Origin: Entomortierella parvispora E1425
Lineage: Eukaryota > Fungi > Mortierellomycota
Reading direction: 5' to 3'
Assembly: GCA_020891255.1 (NCBI GenBank)
Contig: BQFW01000012.1
Location: forward strand, 2,480,001-2,544,000
DNA length: 64,000 nucleotides
Shown here piece by piece: positions 45,043 through 57,962 of this stretch. Below the pieces are notes generated by a model. It ran no database searches, had not been told where the DNA came from, and worked only from the letters and a program-made list of their open reading frames with translations. Position numbers and translations under genes: made by a program. How positions within the stretch are numbered: position 1 is the stretch's first letter; each line of letters starts with the position of its first letter.

Positions 45043-46588
45043 TGTGGAGAGGGAATAGGGTATGAAGATTGAAGAATTGTTGGAGGGAAGAGGGGGGGAC
45101 AGCGGGGCTATATAAGCGTGGAAGGAGTCTCGGATCCAGGAACAGGGCTCGTCGGGTTGGTGGCTGCAGGGAAGGGAAAAAGAGGACCGGCTAAGAGGCG
45201 AAAACATCCCGACCGCTTTATAGGATTCGGTGGAAGGTGACCCCATGGAGGCGTCCACTCTGGACTGCCAATTCACGGAGTGTCATCCCTCTTTCCCGCC
45301 CTTCTCCTTTGTTGGTCGTTCTGGGACCAGCCGGTCCTTCTAGAGCTGCATTGTTTGCTATTTGTCGTTCTTCATCATTCAAACGGAGAGAGAATCCTTT
45401 TTTCTACTTTCTTTTATCTTCTTGTCGTCGTCTTTTCTTCTCAGTAAAGTCAGATGCTCCCCATTGCAGCTGCTCGATCGACCTGTCTATTTCAAGAAAT
45501 GTTCATTTTTTTTCCCACCATCCCGGAAGGGGTTTGAATCATCAAAAATTGTCGAGTCTTGGATGTAGAGCGAATCACATTGTGATCCTTTTGAGGATCC
45601 GGTACCCTTGACCGTTCGGAGCGTTTCCATGAGCTTTTGATCTTAATAACGCTGCAACAAACAAGTCTAGTGGAAAGTAACACAAGCCCATGCGCCCAGG
45701 ACCGGGACCTTTGAACGTTTTCAACTGGCTGAGGCTTTTTTTCAGGGGAGAAATGTATGAAGCTGATGATGACAATGATGTCGTTGTGCATTCCTGTTAT
45801 CTTTGACAGGAATACAACAGACGCTCCTGTGCTCTGCGCGGAGCCATGTAAAATAAAAAGCACATAAGGGGAATATATTTCATTATTTGGGTTTCTCTGC
45901 ATCCGTGGTGGCGGTCCTTCATATTCTCAGCATTCAAACTGCGACTTGAGACTCTACCAAGCATTTCGCAGTTGTCACCGACAGAACGGCCATTTCGTAA
46001 GATATACCTGGATTATAACTGGACGGTTGTGCAGATGGAAGTGGACACAACCGTCAAAAGCCATGGGGCCACCTTGTGAGATGCAGCCGACCAGCTGTTT
46101 CGCCCTTTTTTTTTGGTTCTTGTCACACTCAAGATGAACAACCTTGATGAAGACCTTTCTGGGTGTTAAACCTTGGATACTATCCCCCACAGATCTGATG
46201 CATACGATTGCTATTTCCGTGACACAGCTCTTTACTGGTCGTCTGTCATCTTGATTGTGAAAAGGGTGAGGGTTTCGCAAAAAAAGTTCAGAGCGGTCAG
46301 CAAGGACAGAAATGCAACGCGCCCATAGACGCAGGACAGGCGATCATATCCAATACAGTGACATCATTACACCCTTAATTAACGGGGCAGTCTAAAATCG
46401 CGTCGAGGCTCGAAGCTCGAAGTTCGATAGGGGCAGAGGCATATTGCATTCATCCATCCGTGAGCCCTTGCATCATTCATTATCGAGTCCACTCACTCAG
46501 GAACGCATCCTCTTCCAAGTGCATCATCAGCAACTCGCCCGCCACCATTCGTGTACCTGGACTCTAGACGACAGTCGCCACATAAAAG

Positions 46589-47854
46589 ATGAACAACTCT
46601 GTTGAGCGAGACGACTTCTTGTCGCCCGCCGCGCCAAGCTATGCCGAGGCCACATATTCCGACACGTATGACAACCCCTTTGAGACAAACATTCCTCAGC
46701 GCATGAACTCGCCCTCCATCGAACCTGATGATGTGCCCCTCCCTGGCCAGAAGCCATTGAGCCCCACACGAAGCCCCTTGCCAAAGGTGTCTGGCAACAT
46801 TGGCTCGAGCAGCAATGCTGCCAGCAGTGGAAGCGCAAGCAACAATCTCGGTGGCGGTGGTGCTGGTCTTGGCGTGGGCCAGGCCATGATGGGAAGCGCC
46901 ATTGATACCCTGGATGAGCCAGTTTCTGAAACTCTCGTAAGCCTTCAATGACATTTCTGTCGGAATGATGCCTCACGGTGTCGCATCTCTTGGCATTCTT
47001 GATTTTTTTGGGCTGAAGGAACTGATAGTGACCCCTTGGATTTGTATGAATTAGCTCCGCGACCTTCGCAACGTCGGCGCCAAATTGCAGCAGGTTCTGT
47101 ATCCCAAGGGGCGCAAGGATATCCTCAAGGACTGTACGTGCTGTTGAATGACTTGGAGGTGCAAGGGAAGCCATAGTCGACTGGAATGTTGACACAGGAC
47201 TAACATATGACCTGCATTTATATGTCCATGATTAGGGGATTTGTGGGGACCCTTGTTGATGTGCTTGACGTTGTCCATGTAAGAGATCCCGATCTGGAAC
47301 AGTCTGTCGGTCTGAATCATATCGACAAAGAAGACATGGCTAACCCGATAACACATTTTTGCAACTAGTGTCCTGAGTGTCAAAGCCCAAGCAGATCAGA
47401 AGATTACGGTCTTCACATGGATCTTCATCATTGTCTGGATGGGATCTGCTGTTGTCACGGTCAACGCCAAGCTTCTCGGCGGCAGAGTGTATGTGGATAT
47501 TTTGACTGTTCTGGCATTGATCTCATAGACTGTGGCCTTTTGCAAAATTCATGGGAAAGTCGCCTAACGCCACCAACCTTCTTCTTGTGTTCGACCATGT
47601 GCAATAGTTCCTTTTTCCAGAGCGTGTGTGTCATTGGATACTGTCTGTTCCCATTGGTTCTCGTCAGCATTGTATCGATAGTGGTTCCCAGCATCTATAT
47701 TCGCCTCCCTCTGTGTGGCGTTGCTTTTGCTTGGGCCTCTTGGGCCTCTCTTGGATTCCTCTCGGATTCGAATCTCGCCAACCGTCGTGCACTAGGAGTC
47801 TACCCATTATTTTTGTTCTACTTTATCATTGCTTGGATGATCCTGATTTCATAA
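46589..47854 (+). CDS. YIP4: Yip1-domain protein, YIPF6/Yip4-like (about 278 aa)
   Basis: Exons 46589-46936, 47055-47133, 47236-47278, 47369-47488 and 47608-47854. Motifs DTLDEPVSETLLRDL, LKDWDLWGPLL, NAKLLGGRVSFFQSVCVIGYCLFPL and LGVYPLFLFY. Confidence 0.92.
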
Positions 47855-49540
47855 GATTCGACAGCTCTCCTCCAATATATCCGACCTTCAACACCTAGCA
47901 AAAAAATACTTTGTCCTTTTTCAACGATATGCAGATACTCCAAGCGGAGGAATTCGAGGTGCATAGCTGTGGCTCAGATAACGAAAGAGTGCGGTTGCAA
48001 GGGATCAACGACTAAAAAAACAATTAAAGGCATCATATTTCACAAAACTAATGACAGACGCTTTGTTTTTTGCGGACAAAATCGGTGAGCAATCCGTTCC
48101 ATGGGAAGTGTCGCATCCGTCAGCGCTGGTCAGGAAAAATTGGAAGTTGAATGGCAAAGGTTTCGGACCAGTGTTCAAGACGGCTCGAGCTGAAGACAGC
48201 CGTGGGTCTGTACGACTGACAAACTGCAAAATGGTATCGCCAACCTACGTTTCCTTGTTCTTTCCTGGAACGTTTACTGGGACTCTACCAACGATACAGC
48301 AATATTGTGATCTGTCCTGGCTGTTCGAAGTAGTATACCGACATGTTGATGACCATGGTGTCAAAATGAGAAAAAAAAAAAAAAAAAAAGAACGACTGCC
48401 ACCCTCTTTCATACTCCCAAAAACATTCAATTGCGCGGCCTCTTCGTCAGAAATCAACCGCCGTGCACTTTGTTGACATCGAGAGAAATGTTGCCACGAC
48501 ATGCTTGCCTGCCACAAGCTGGTTGCTGCCCAAACAACCTGTTTCTTCTTCCTCCACAAGCTCACAACCGAGACACTTTTGCTCACCAGATGGCCCGCCC
48601 TCACCTCGCCCACACATTTCTCCAAACAAACAATGCCTCGATTTGACGCCCATTCCTGACTCCTTCCTGAGTCGTTTCCCTGTCCTCGCAGTCTTTCTCT
48701 GCTGGCTCTCACTCTTTTTCCAACCACACTCGAGTTGCAGGAAGGATCTCTCAAAGTATAAACCCCATTCTTGGTAGCACACAGTGGGCGGATTGTGTTG
48801 AAAACTGGTGGGTGGGAAACTGGGCTTGGCCATCAGCGCACACAGAGAAAGAGGGCAAGGAAACGAAGGATGTCAAGCATGAGGGATCGGGTCCCGCCTC
48901 GGCTCAGACTAGTGGGACCCAGAAGGACCTTCGGTTGACCAGCCGAGGCCAGGTTTTCCGTGCCATCGCGGAGCCTTGCTGGAGGGTTGACATATGTTTG
49001 CTCGGCAACACAGACACAGAGATAGAGCGAAAAAAAGTAGTTTTGGAGGAAAGGACAGAGTTAATTCAATCGCAATGACCAATTGCTCAGACGCCTTGCG
49101 CGGTGAAGCGTCCAAGAAGGGCTGTCGGAAGGCGATTTCCCGAGCAACGAATGGTTGTTGCAAAAGGATAGGCAGTCAAGACAGACAGTCAAGAACAGCT
49201 GGGCTGATCAGCCCCCTTCTTGACCGCCTTTCCCTCCCTATCATTGCGCTTCTCTTGATATATTCCTCTCCTTCCTTCTTTCCTTTCTTCGTTCATTCAT
49301 TCATTCGTTCGTTCGTTCGTTCTTCGTTCATTCCCTCCGCTCTCTTTCGCTCGCTCCCTCCCTCCCTCCCTCCCTTCCTGGCTTCTTTGCTCTTTCCCTC
49401 TCCTCCTCACCTCTCCTCCCTTTTCGCTCTCCCTCCGCGCTCCCAACAGTCTTGCGTCTCTTTGCCTGCACTGCGCATTCCTCATTACATAAAACACACG
49501 CAATCCTTTTCTTAATCTCCATCGCACACCCATTTCGCAA

Positions 49541-52500
49541 ATGACCCTGACCGCAAAGGCACAGGTCATTGAACGTGACTTTCAGCTGGCTAGAGGCAGG
49601 GCCAACTACTCCACCTTCCCAGAGTTTGCTCGTCGCTACGTCAAGCACTACAAAGACGGTGTCGGTAAGGAATTTGACCGTTTTGCACAAGGAATAAGAG
49701 AACGGGGGAGAGAAGGGCTGGGGGGACTAACTCAGGGCAACGGAACAACAGGCAGTATAGGAAAGGAAAAAAAAAGAAGAGCCATGGACAGTACCTTCAA
49801 CCTTCCTTTGGGCACAGGGCAACAACACCCAGGTCAAGTCAAACGTGGAGCCTGGAAAGGAAAACAAAGCAAGAGCTCGCTGTTCGCTTTAGACAGGATG
49901 GAAACACAAGGCACATGGGTGCTACAGATGCAAGCTGACAAGCTGATGCATCGAGCAGATGACAGATTCAGTTCTTCAAACTGACATGCAACTCTGGCAC
50001 AACGGAGCTCGACCCCACAGCCGCCTTTGGGACAGCGCCTCAATGGAAACAGCCATTGCGATGCAGCATGTGAGCAATGCATCCACTCTAACTTCACAAT
50101 GACATTCCTTCATCGGTCCTTGTCCTCAATGCAATAGTCCTGGCCAACACCGCCCTACTGGAGCTGGCCATTGGCGAGGCAGAGTCCCAGGCGCGGCGGA
50201 CTCATCTATGGTTGCAGTCGGTTTCATTGGACGACACCCCTGAGGTCATTGCCGTCAGTCCGCGTGTCCGTCCAGAGGCTATTCAGGAGGCTGTTGAGCG
50301 ACTCGAGCGCGTGTTGACCAAGGGTCCAGAAGAGCATCAAGAGGTAAGCTCATGCTGGACGAGTCTTGGTCAGTTGGTCGTAGATGTGGTAGCTAACCTC
50401 AACCCCATGCAGTATGCTGCTATTGTATTAGCCCGATCCGCCATGGCAAGCGATGCCCCTGATCGACTCCAGCGCGTCGCCCACTACCTTCAGAATATTC
50501 AGCTTCCCCCTGCTCGCATTGTAACAGGATACAACTTTACGTTGATCGTATCTGGACTGACAATCAAGGGCATGGCTCTTGAAGAAGAAGGAAGGATCCC
50601 AGATGCCATCGTCTGCTACGATAACGTCGCGGTCATGTTGCAATCCAATCCCAATGAGCGCAGCGATGAACTCTTTTCTTGGACAGAGCATGCATTGTAT
50701 CGCGGAAGCATGTTGAAGTTGCGGCAGGGGTAGGCTACATGCTCCAATCTCAATATTCATATTCTTGAAGGGCACCACTGTCTGACTGAGCTATTGTCCT
50801 CAACTCCAATAGAGATCAACTTGCAGCGATCCGATCTTTCAGAGCTTACCATCATCAGGCAATGCAATGGCCTGGAAGCTTCAGACTCGCGAGACGTGCC
50901 ACAATGTACCGTTACTACGCGCAGACATTGTCTGCCTCTTCTAGAGCCAATCTGTCCAATGGATCCGCTACAGCGACAGAGTAAGTGGTCTTGCCATTGA
51001 CTTCCTTGCTAAAAAAAATAGGCGCACGACTCATTGACTCACACTTTCTCGTCTCGCACTCTATAGCGATCAATCCCAGTTCCAGCCTGCAGCTCTGAGC
51101 CACGAGATGGCGCAGATCCATGCCTACTGGGAGGACTCACTTTACGCCGTGACGCCGTTCCCCGGCGCCAACGAGAAGAACTGGAGGGTTTTGGTCATGG
51201 TTGAGCAGATCGTGGAAGATAGAAAGCTTCTTGGATCCGGTAACAATGCCGACAAGCGTGCCTTGGTGGAGGTATATACCTATGAACGGAGGGTTACCAT
51301 CCATTTTTCACGTGTATTAACCTCAATTTACCCCTCTCCTCACCTAGACGATCTATCGCGCCTCACAAAAGACCTTCCAGTCCCCAAGAATCCTGCGATT
51401 CTTGTTCTTTGCTCTTGTGGATATGGGACAGTACGATGAGGCGGCTTTGGCTTTGAAAGCATATCTGGATATGGTCGAAATCAATATGAAGGTCAAGAAT
51501 GATGGCCTCGTGGAGGATGACTTGACGCACGAGGAGCGTGTTCGCATGGATCTTGAATCAGAGTACGACATTACAACCGTCCAAATCGCAGGATCACGGC
51601 TATACAGCAAGGAGCTCGGAAAGGCTGACGAGGGACTCGCTTGTGCTAAGGGTGCGTTGGACAACATTCACCAGTACCTCCAGCAGAGTCCACATGTCAC
51701 GCAGCTCCTCAGCGATGCTTACAAAGGCGAGGGAGTTGCTTATGGTCTCCAAGCTTCAAAAGGTAAGGATGGTGCCACCCATTCGCGCGACCGACTTTTT
51801 TAACGTACAGGTCAGCTTTTACTCACTGTGTATACCCTTGCTGTAGTTCATGACCCTGAAAAGCGACCGGACTTGTATTCCAAGGCAATCGACGCGTTCG
51901 AGAAGGCGATCAAGGTCACCCCCGGCAACTACGATACCTACTACCTTTTAGCGCTGCAGTTAGCCGAGATGCGTGATATTCCCAAGGCGATTTTGACCGT
52001 GAAGCAGAGCCTGAGCATCCATGCTTCACATATCCCATCATGGCATCTTTTGGCTCTCCTCCTGTCTTCTCAAAAGGATTACGAGCGCGCGTTGAGCATT
52101 TGTGCTATTGCTTCCAAGGAGTCTGAGTGGGACTTGGCGACGACGGATGCGCTCTCTGCGTCACAATTGGACGGAGAAGACTATTTGGCTTTGCGTATCA
52201 CCCAGGCTGTATTGCAAGATCAAATTCATGGACCAGAGTCGGCTCTTGAGCTTCAAGAAGCCTTGTTCAGCCTTTATACCAAGGTCTTTGCACCTGAACC
52301 AAGTTCGTTGGGCGAGAGCATGTATGATATCCAAAGCATTCGTCGTCGAGACCAAAGTGATGTCGAAGTATCGAACGCAACAATCGCAGGACGTCCCCGC
52401 GCTGGAAGCATACTGAGTTCCCGTAGCAGAAACGGTACCGGATCTGATCTTGGACATCAATCGACAATCAACGGCAATACTTTGGGTAACGTATCTTTGA

Positions 52501-53315
52501 GTCTTGTCTCCTCATTTTTTTCCCTTCGTATCTGAAAACTAATTGAATTTTTGTCTCCGTAACAGACATTCCAAAGGCCAACTACGCTTCCTCCATTGCT
52601 TCGTCGATCGGTTCTACTGGCTCCAAGAACCGTCGCGGTGCACCTCAGCCAATGACACCCGCTACCCCTCTTGGTCGTTCTCTTTTGAGTTTGCCCCCGA
52701 CAGTCCGTCGTCCCACTGGTCAATCTGTGATGCGAACGGCACGAGCCAATAAGGTGCTGGTCACCCTCTGGCTCATGTCGGCATCGGCATTTAGACGGTT
52801 GGGACGAATGGACGACGCTATGAAGGCCATTGAGGAAGCTGAACGAGTGGATGCCTCTAACCCCGATGTTTGGTACCAGGTAATGAAGAACAACAGATGT
52901 CTCCACAGGTCAAGATCGATAGTACTCTCTCCTTTCGTGTTTACTAATATATCTGCTTGCATTCTTATACACCAAATAGCTGGGATCACTTCATGCTGCA
53001 CAAGGCGATCAGGAAACAGCTTCAATCGCATTCTCCAAAGCTTTAGCACTGGCACCTTACCACGCCGCTTGCCTGGCGCGTGTGGGACGATCTTATTTGG
53101 AGGCGGGATCCTTGGAGATGGCTGAAGGAGCATTGGACACGACCACGCGCTCCATGGGCTGGGACTGTGCGGAGGCTTGGTTCTACCTTGGCAAAGTCTT
53201 TGAGGCTTCGAACCAACTCTCCAAGTCCAAGGAATGTCTGTGGTATGCCCTCGACCTGGAATCCACACGACCAGTTCGCCCTTTCACTGAGGCTTTGCCC
53301 CGTTTCCTCTCTTGA
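49541..53315 (+). CDS. YPP1: TPR protein, Ypp1/TTC7-like PI4-kinase scaffold (about 907 aa)
   Basis: Nine phase-consistent exons: 49541-49664, 50138-50343, 50413-50729, 50813-50980, 51067-51271, 51348-51762, 51847-52485, 52566-52879 and 52980-53315. TPR-like repeats, WHLLALLLSSQK, LRITQAVL and the C-terminal ALDLESTRPVRPF match this family. Confidence 0.88.
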
Positions 53316-54446
53316 GCTGTCTTGAACAGTTTTACGAAAGCCAAAAAAAAAGTTGATAATATACAAAGACATCTTCAGTCTTTCAAAAAGTTATCTTTTT
53401 TTGTTGCCATTATGATTATTTGTAGTGTGCATCTGGCGTCTCGGAAGGATGCAAGAACTACTTCAAGGAAACAAACAAAAAAAAAACTTGAACATGAACG
53501 AACATGGGAGGATGCCACTTACACCCTTAACAAAGTTCGCGTCAATGACGCGTTTCTCAAAGATTTTTTGGGGGAGGTGGAGAGATATTACGAAAGGCAG
53601 TGAAAGCGATCCTGTTCATCCATTTCTCTCTCAAATTGGTCATAAGAGCAAAGACGATGTTGAATCCTCCGGTCAGTATGAGCGTGAGACAAGATGGTGA
53701 ATTTATTGGTAGACCAAAAGAAGCTTCAGGGTCAATTGAGCGAGTGGCCGAGAAAGAATTGGCCCTCACAAAGTTCCAAACCCGCGGCCACACGGAACAA
53801 ACCACACACCTCTCTTGAGATGTGGGAGGCGCGTTATCTTTTCCGACTGTTTTTTTCTTTGGCCGGGTTCACTTTGTTTTCGACTCTTTGTTTTTGTTTT
53901 GAATCCGCTGGTTATTCTTTTTTTTTTTTCAAGCCACCCAACTTTTTTCTCCAGATGCTTAGCCCAATAATTGAGTTTTGTGTTCGCCGGGAGGGAGGAG
54001 TTGAGAATACGACAAGGGGAGGAGGGCGAGAGTACAAGAGTACAACCGTGTTCAAAGCGTGGGTACACCGGCATTGTCACGTCAACTCTCTCTATTCATT
54101 CGCTGCAAGAAGAGAGAGGAGGCTGTCATTGTCCTCCCGTGCCTCCCATAGTTCAATGTCTGGATAAAAATTTTGGCAGGATTTTATTCGTACGAGAACG
54201 TCTGCTTTTTTTTGGGGGGGGGAGGGGGGGAGACGCGACTTTTTACAAATGACTTGACTTCCAGGATGGGTGTTGAGTGATAAAAAGCTGTTTGGGTACT
54301 GCAATGGAAGATTGTCTTTTTTTTTTGGAGAAAGAGGTATAAAGGTGGATTCCGATGAAAGAATCCGAGGTCAAGGGGGTTGGATTTGTTGGAGGAAACG
54401 TCAAAGGCGGTCCTCTCAACAAGGATCTTTTTTGGATCCCAACTTT

Positions 54447-54815
54447 TTACAGGTGGTCTGGGGGGACGACATCGCGCATGACGATCAGGAACTCTTGGTA
54501 GGTCAGGTTGCGAGGGTTCTTGACGTCAAAGCCGTGGATCGCGTTGGCCACCGACTGGTCCGAGACCGAGTATTCCATCGAGTCAATGATCGCGTGGACT
54601 TCGCAGAGTTCGAGGGTACCATCTTGATCGTGGTCATGGTCGCGGAAGAGGGTCTTCATGAGCTCGAGCTCATCGGCATTGAAGGGGATTTCGTGTTGGA
54701 GGACGGCAGGCGACTGTGGAGAAGGGTACAGGGCGACAAAATTCCAGAGGTGTTAGTTTTGACTGATCTTCAAAATGTTCATCGACATTTCTTCTTGTTT
54801 TCGTAGCCTTGCCAT
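54447..54815 (-). CDS. Small two-EF-hand (half-calmodulin/polcalcin-like) protein, paralogue A, about 89 aa; second loop degenerate
   Basis: Exon 54713-54447 encodes SPAVLQHEIPFNADELELMKTLFRDHDHDQDGTLELCE...DVKNPRNLTYQEFL. The start is inferred as an ATG-only exon at 54815-54813 followed by a 99-nt GC-AG intron. Confidence 0.8.
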
Positions 54816-54942
54816 GGTAGAAGTTTCTTGAAAAGGCGTGGTCTTGAAAGGTGTGGATGAGCTGTGGAGCGAGGAGGAAGTCTTGGAGATGAGTGAAGAG
54901 GAGTGATGAAAAAAAAGACAAACTGCTGGTGATGAACCTGGT

Positions 54943-54950
54943 CTTTTATA
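54943..54950 (-). promoter_or_regulatory. Putative TATA box of EF-hand paralogue A
   Basis: TATAAAAG on the minus strand, about 128 nt upstream of ATG 54815 and followed by a CT-rich leader. Confidence 0.5.
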
Positions 54951-55420
54951 GCCCTTTTCTGTCCTTTACCGTCGGTCGCGATGGCCATACCGATTACCGT
55001 TCACTCTTGACGATACCGCCTACCCTTGAAGATACCGTCTACCCTTGATGATGGTGGGGAGAGAGAGTGTAATTCATGCAAATGGCTTTCACTGCCGACG
55101 CGTTCTTTTTCTTTGAACGACCACACTTCCCGACGGTTGAACAAACAAAACGGAAGAATCCATCTAGTTTTAGGCAAAGACGAATGGGGGAGGGCAAACT
55201 CACAATCATGGTAAGCAGGCCAAGCAGGTCGAGCAACAAAGAAAAAAAAAAAGACAAAAAAAACCAAAATAAGATAAGGCGCGGCGGGCAAGGCAAGGGA
55301 ATAGGGCGAGAGAAGACAGAGCGAGAGAAAGGACAGGGTGGGAAGCCGAGCAAATCAAAAACCAGCGGGACCGACCCGTATTCGCATAAAGGAGTGAGTG
55401 AGTGTATTGTTGCCCAGCTA

Positions 55421-55502
55421 GCCAGTCAACCAAGTCAACCAGCCCAGCCAGTCAAACCAGTTAAGCCAGTCAAGCCAGTCAATCAATCGACGCAGTCAAC
55501 CA
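55421..55502. repeat. Imperfect 9-nt tandem array (GCCAGTCAA) containing six AGTCAA (TTGACT on the minus strand)
   Basis: AGTCAA at 55424, 55433, 55450, 55468, 55477 and 55494, plus one AGTTAA variant. Confidence 0.85.
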
Positions 55503-57012
55503 ACAGTTGGTCCGTCGATACTTTTTCTTTTTCTTTCTTTCCGTTTTTTTTTTCTTTTTTACTTCGGCAAGGTAGGACAATCCAATGTGTAATCGTGGTG
55601 TTTTTGTCCCTCTGTTCTAAAACGCCCCCCCTCCGATAGAGTTGGCAAAGGGCCGGTGAACGGAACTATGGTTATGTTCGCGGACGCGACAGACAGCCCC
55701 TGAAACTTGCGAGCGTTGACTCTTCCCAGCGAGTGGTTTTTTGTATTCTATTTTGCTTTTTCATTTTTTTTTATTCTGAGCTGGCTATTGTAAACCATTG
55801 ATGAGCGAAATAAGCGAACCAAAAAAGAAACGAAAAAGAGTATGAGGATGGAGGATCGAAGATCAACAGGAAAAGGAAAAACAGACGACAAATAACAAAA
55901 AAAAACAAATCAACCCTTGGATATTGTGAGCTATGCTCTCCAGTATGGGGCAAAGAGGGGGAGGAGGAGGACGGAGCGTGTGGTTTGCCGATTGAAAAAA
56001 GGTCCAACAAAAGAAAAGCTCGTGCCTATGTGGTGTTTTTTTTTATATCTCTGCCTCTGACTCCTACTCTCCATCTCTGTTCTCGGGCCCTGCGCTTTTC
56101 ATGCAAAAAAAAGGAAGTCGCAAGTCAAAAAGGCATCCCGCAGATAGTCCCTCCACTCCCATTGACCATTGCCGAACGAAAAACAAGCACAGACAACAGC
56201 GAGCTGTGCATGCTGCTCCATGTCGTCCATCAGGGTAGGTCAAAGCCTAGAACAAGGGTGCAGAGGAACACGTCTCCATTGGGGGAAAAAGACGCGTTTT
56301 TTTTTCCTAGGGAAGAAAAATACCGCCGGGTACAAAGGTACAAACTGCTGCATTTGGACGCGTCGGTCGGTGACAAGATGTCGAATGGTATGTTTTGTGG
56401 GCAAGGAAAAAGAGATGGGACAAAATTCCAAAACCCTCCGCCCGACTGAGAGCAATTTACGACACTGTGACACAAAGCGCCGCTGGGCAACCAACCGCTC
56501 TGTGGTCTGGAGTATTTCTTCTCTCGTACGGCCAAGACGGTGCACTGTCTACTCTACTCTCTCTACCAGTGTATTCAAGGGCTAGTCGGTATCGTCATAG
56601 CAATTGGGCTAATGTTGATAGTTTCCTATGTACGCGGACTTTGACAGGTCGGGACAGTGGTTCGGGGCGTGAGAGTATATCGCCCTTACTCTATCACTCT
56701 CCCCCTCTACATGTTGTGTGGATAATATAGCTCTTATTGACGGAGAACAGTGCCTGGAACCAGAGAGCAGTGCGCAAGCTACCGTGCACCCGCCGCTCTT
56801 GTTTTTTCGACACTGAAGAGCCACAGAGGGAGAGAGACAGAAAGACAGACAGAGAACAGAGAGACATTCCTTCATCCGAAAAAAAAAATCACTGGAGCAA
56901 GACATGGCAACACTGATGTATTGAATACTACCGACTACAAACTGATTCATTGGGGAGCATCAAGGGAAGGGAAGGTATAGGGGCGGGTAATCCAGGGCAG
57001 AGTCAATGTCCC

Positions 57013-57400
57013 TTACTCACGCCCAACGGAACGAAGTGTCGTCATCAAGTTCAAGAATTCTTGATAGTCCAGGGCACCGTCATGATTGGCATCAAAGGAC
57101 TTCACTACAAAGTCCAGCTCTTCGGCTGTGGCTGGCTCTCCCAAGGACTTGGTCAAAGCGTGGAGTTCCTGAGCATCGACACGGCCGTCTTTGTTCTTGT
57201 CGTAGGTCTGGAACAAGTCCCTGAACTGCGTGAGCTCGTCTTCGGTGAAAGTGACGTTTTGTTTGTTGGAGGACTGAGAGGAAGAGGGGAGAGAGAGCAG
57301 TCAGTCAGTAATCTGTTTCGGACTCTTTAGTTTGTTCAAGTGGGGCTATTGATTGCCCAGAGCAGGGGGGGTGGGGAGGGTGGAGGGATGTTCTTACCAT
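57013..57400 (-). CDS. Small two-EF-hand protein, paralogue B, 87 aa, both loops canonical
   Basis: ATG 57400-57398, a GTAAGA...CAG intron (57397-57274), and exon 57273-57013. Loops are DKNKDGRVDAQE and DANHDGALDYQE. TATAAAG lies at 57486-57480. Confidence 0.9.
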
Positions 57401-57962
57401 GATGTTGTTGTGGTGTTTGAGGAGAAGGCTGTTTTGTTGTTGGAAAAAGAACAGAACTGGAGCTGAGGCAGACAAGGGACTTTATACCTCTTCCTTCACT
57501 GCCTCCAGCAGAACTAAGGTAACGATGTCTCTTTTTTCATCGCCGTCATTGGCGTTTTTGGGCTTTTGCCCGGGTTTCGCTATGGGTGATGACCAAAGAA
57601 TGATTCCAAGAGATCCATGGTCTTCTTTTCTTTCCTTTGGCGCTGCTCCACTTTCACTTACTTTGCCCGGGTCTCTCCATGCCCCAAGCGTAGTCTAGAC
57701 TGAACATCCAGCAAGGCAAACACAAACACACTCAAACACACAAACACCACAACACACACAACAGGTCGACAGATTCATTGGCAAGCGAAGCGAACTTTTT
57801 TTTTTAGTGGCGTCGTCTTTCGCCCAAAATACATTGATGTGGCAAAGTGACAAGGTTGCTCTCATTGTCATTTTTGAAAAACAAAGGGCTTTTAATTATG
57901 ATGACTGGATAGAATGGCGCCTATTAGATTACGGAGGGCAAAGTTCAGGGCGCTCAGTTGCC

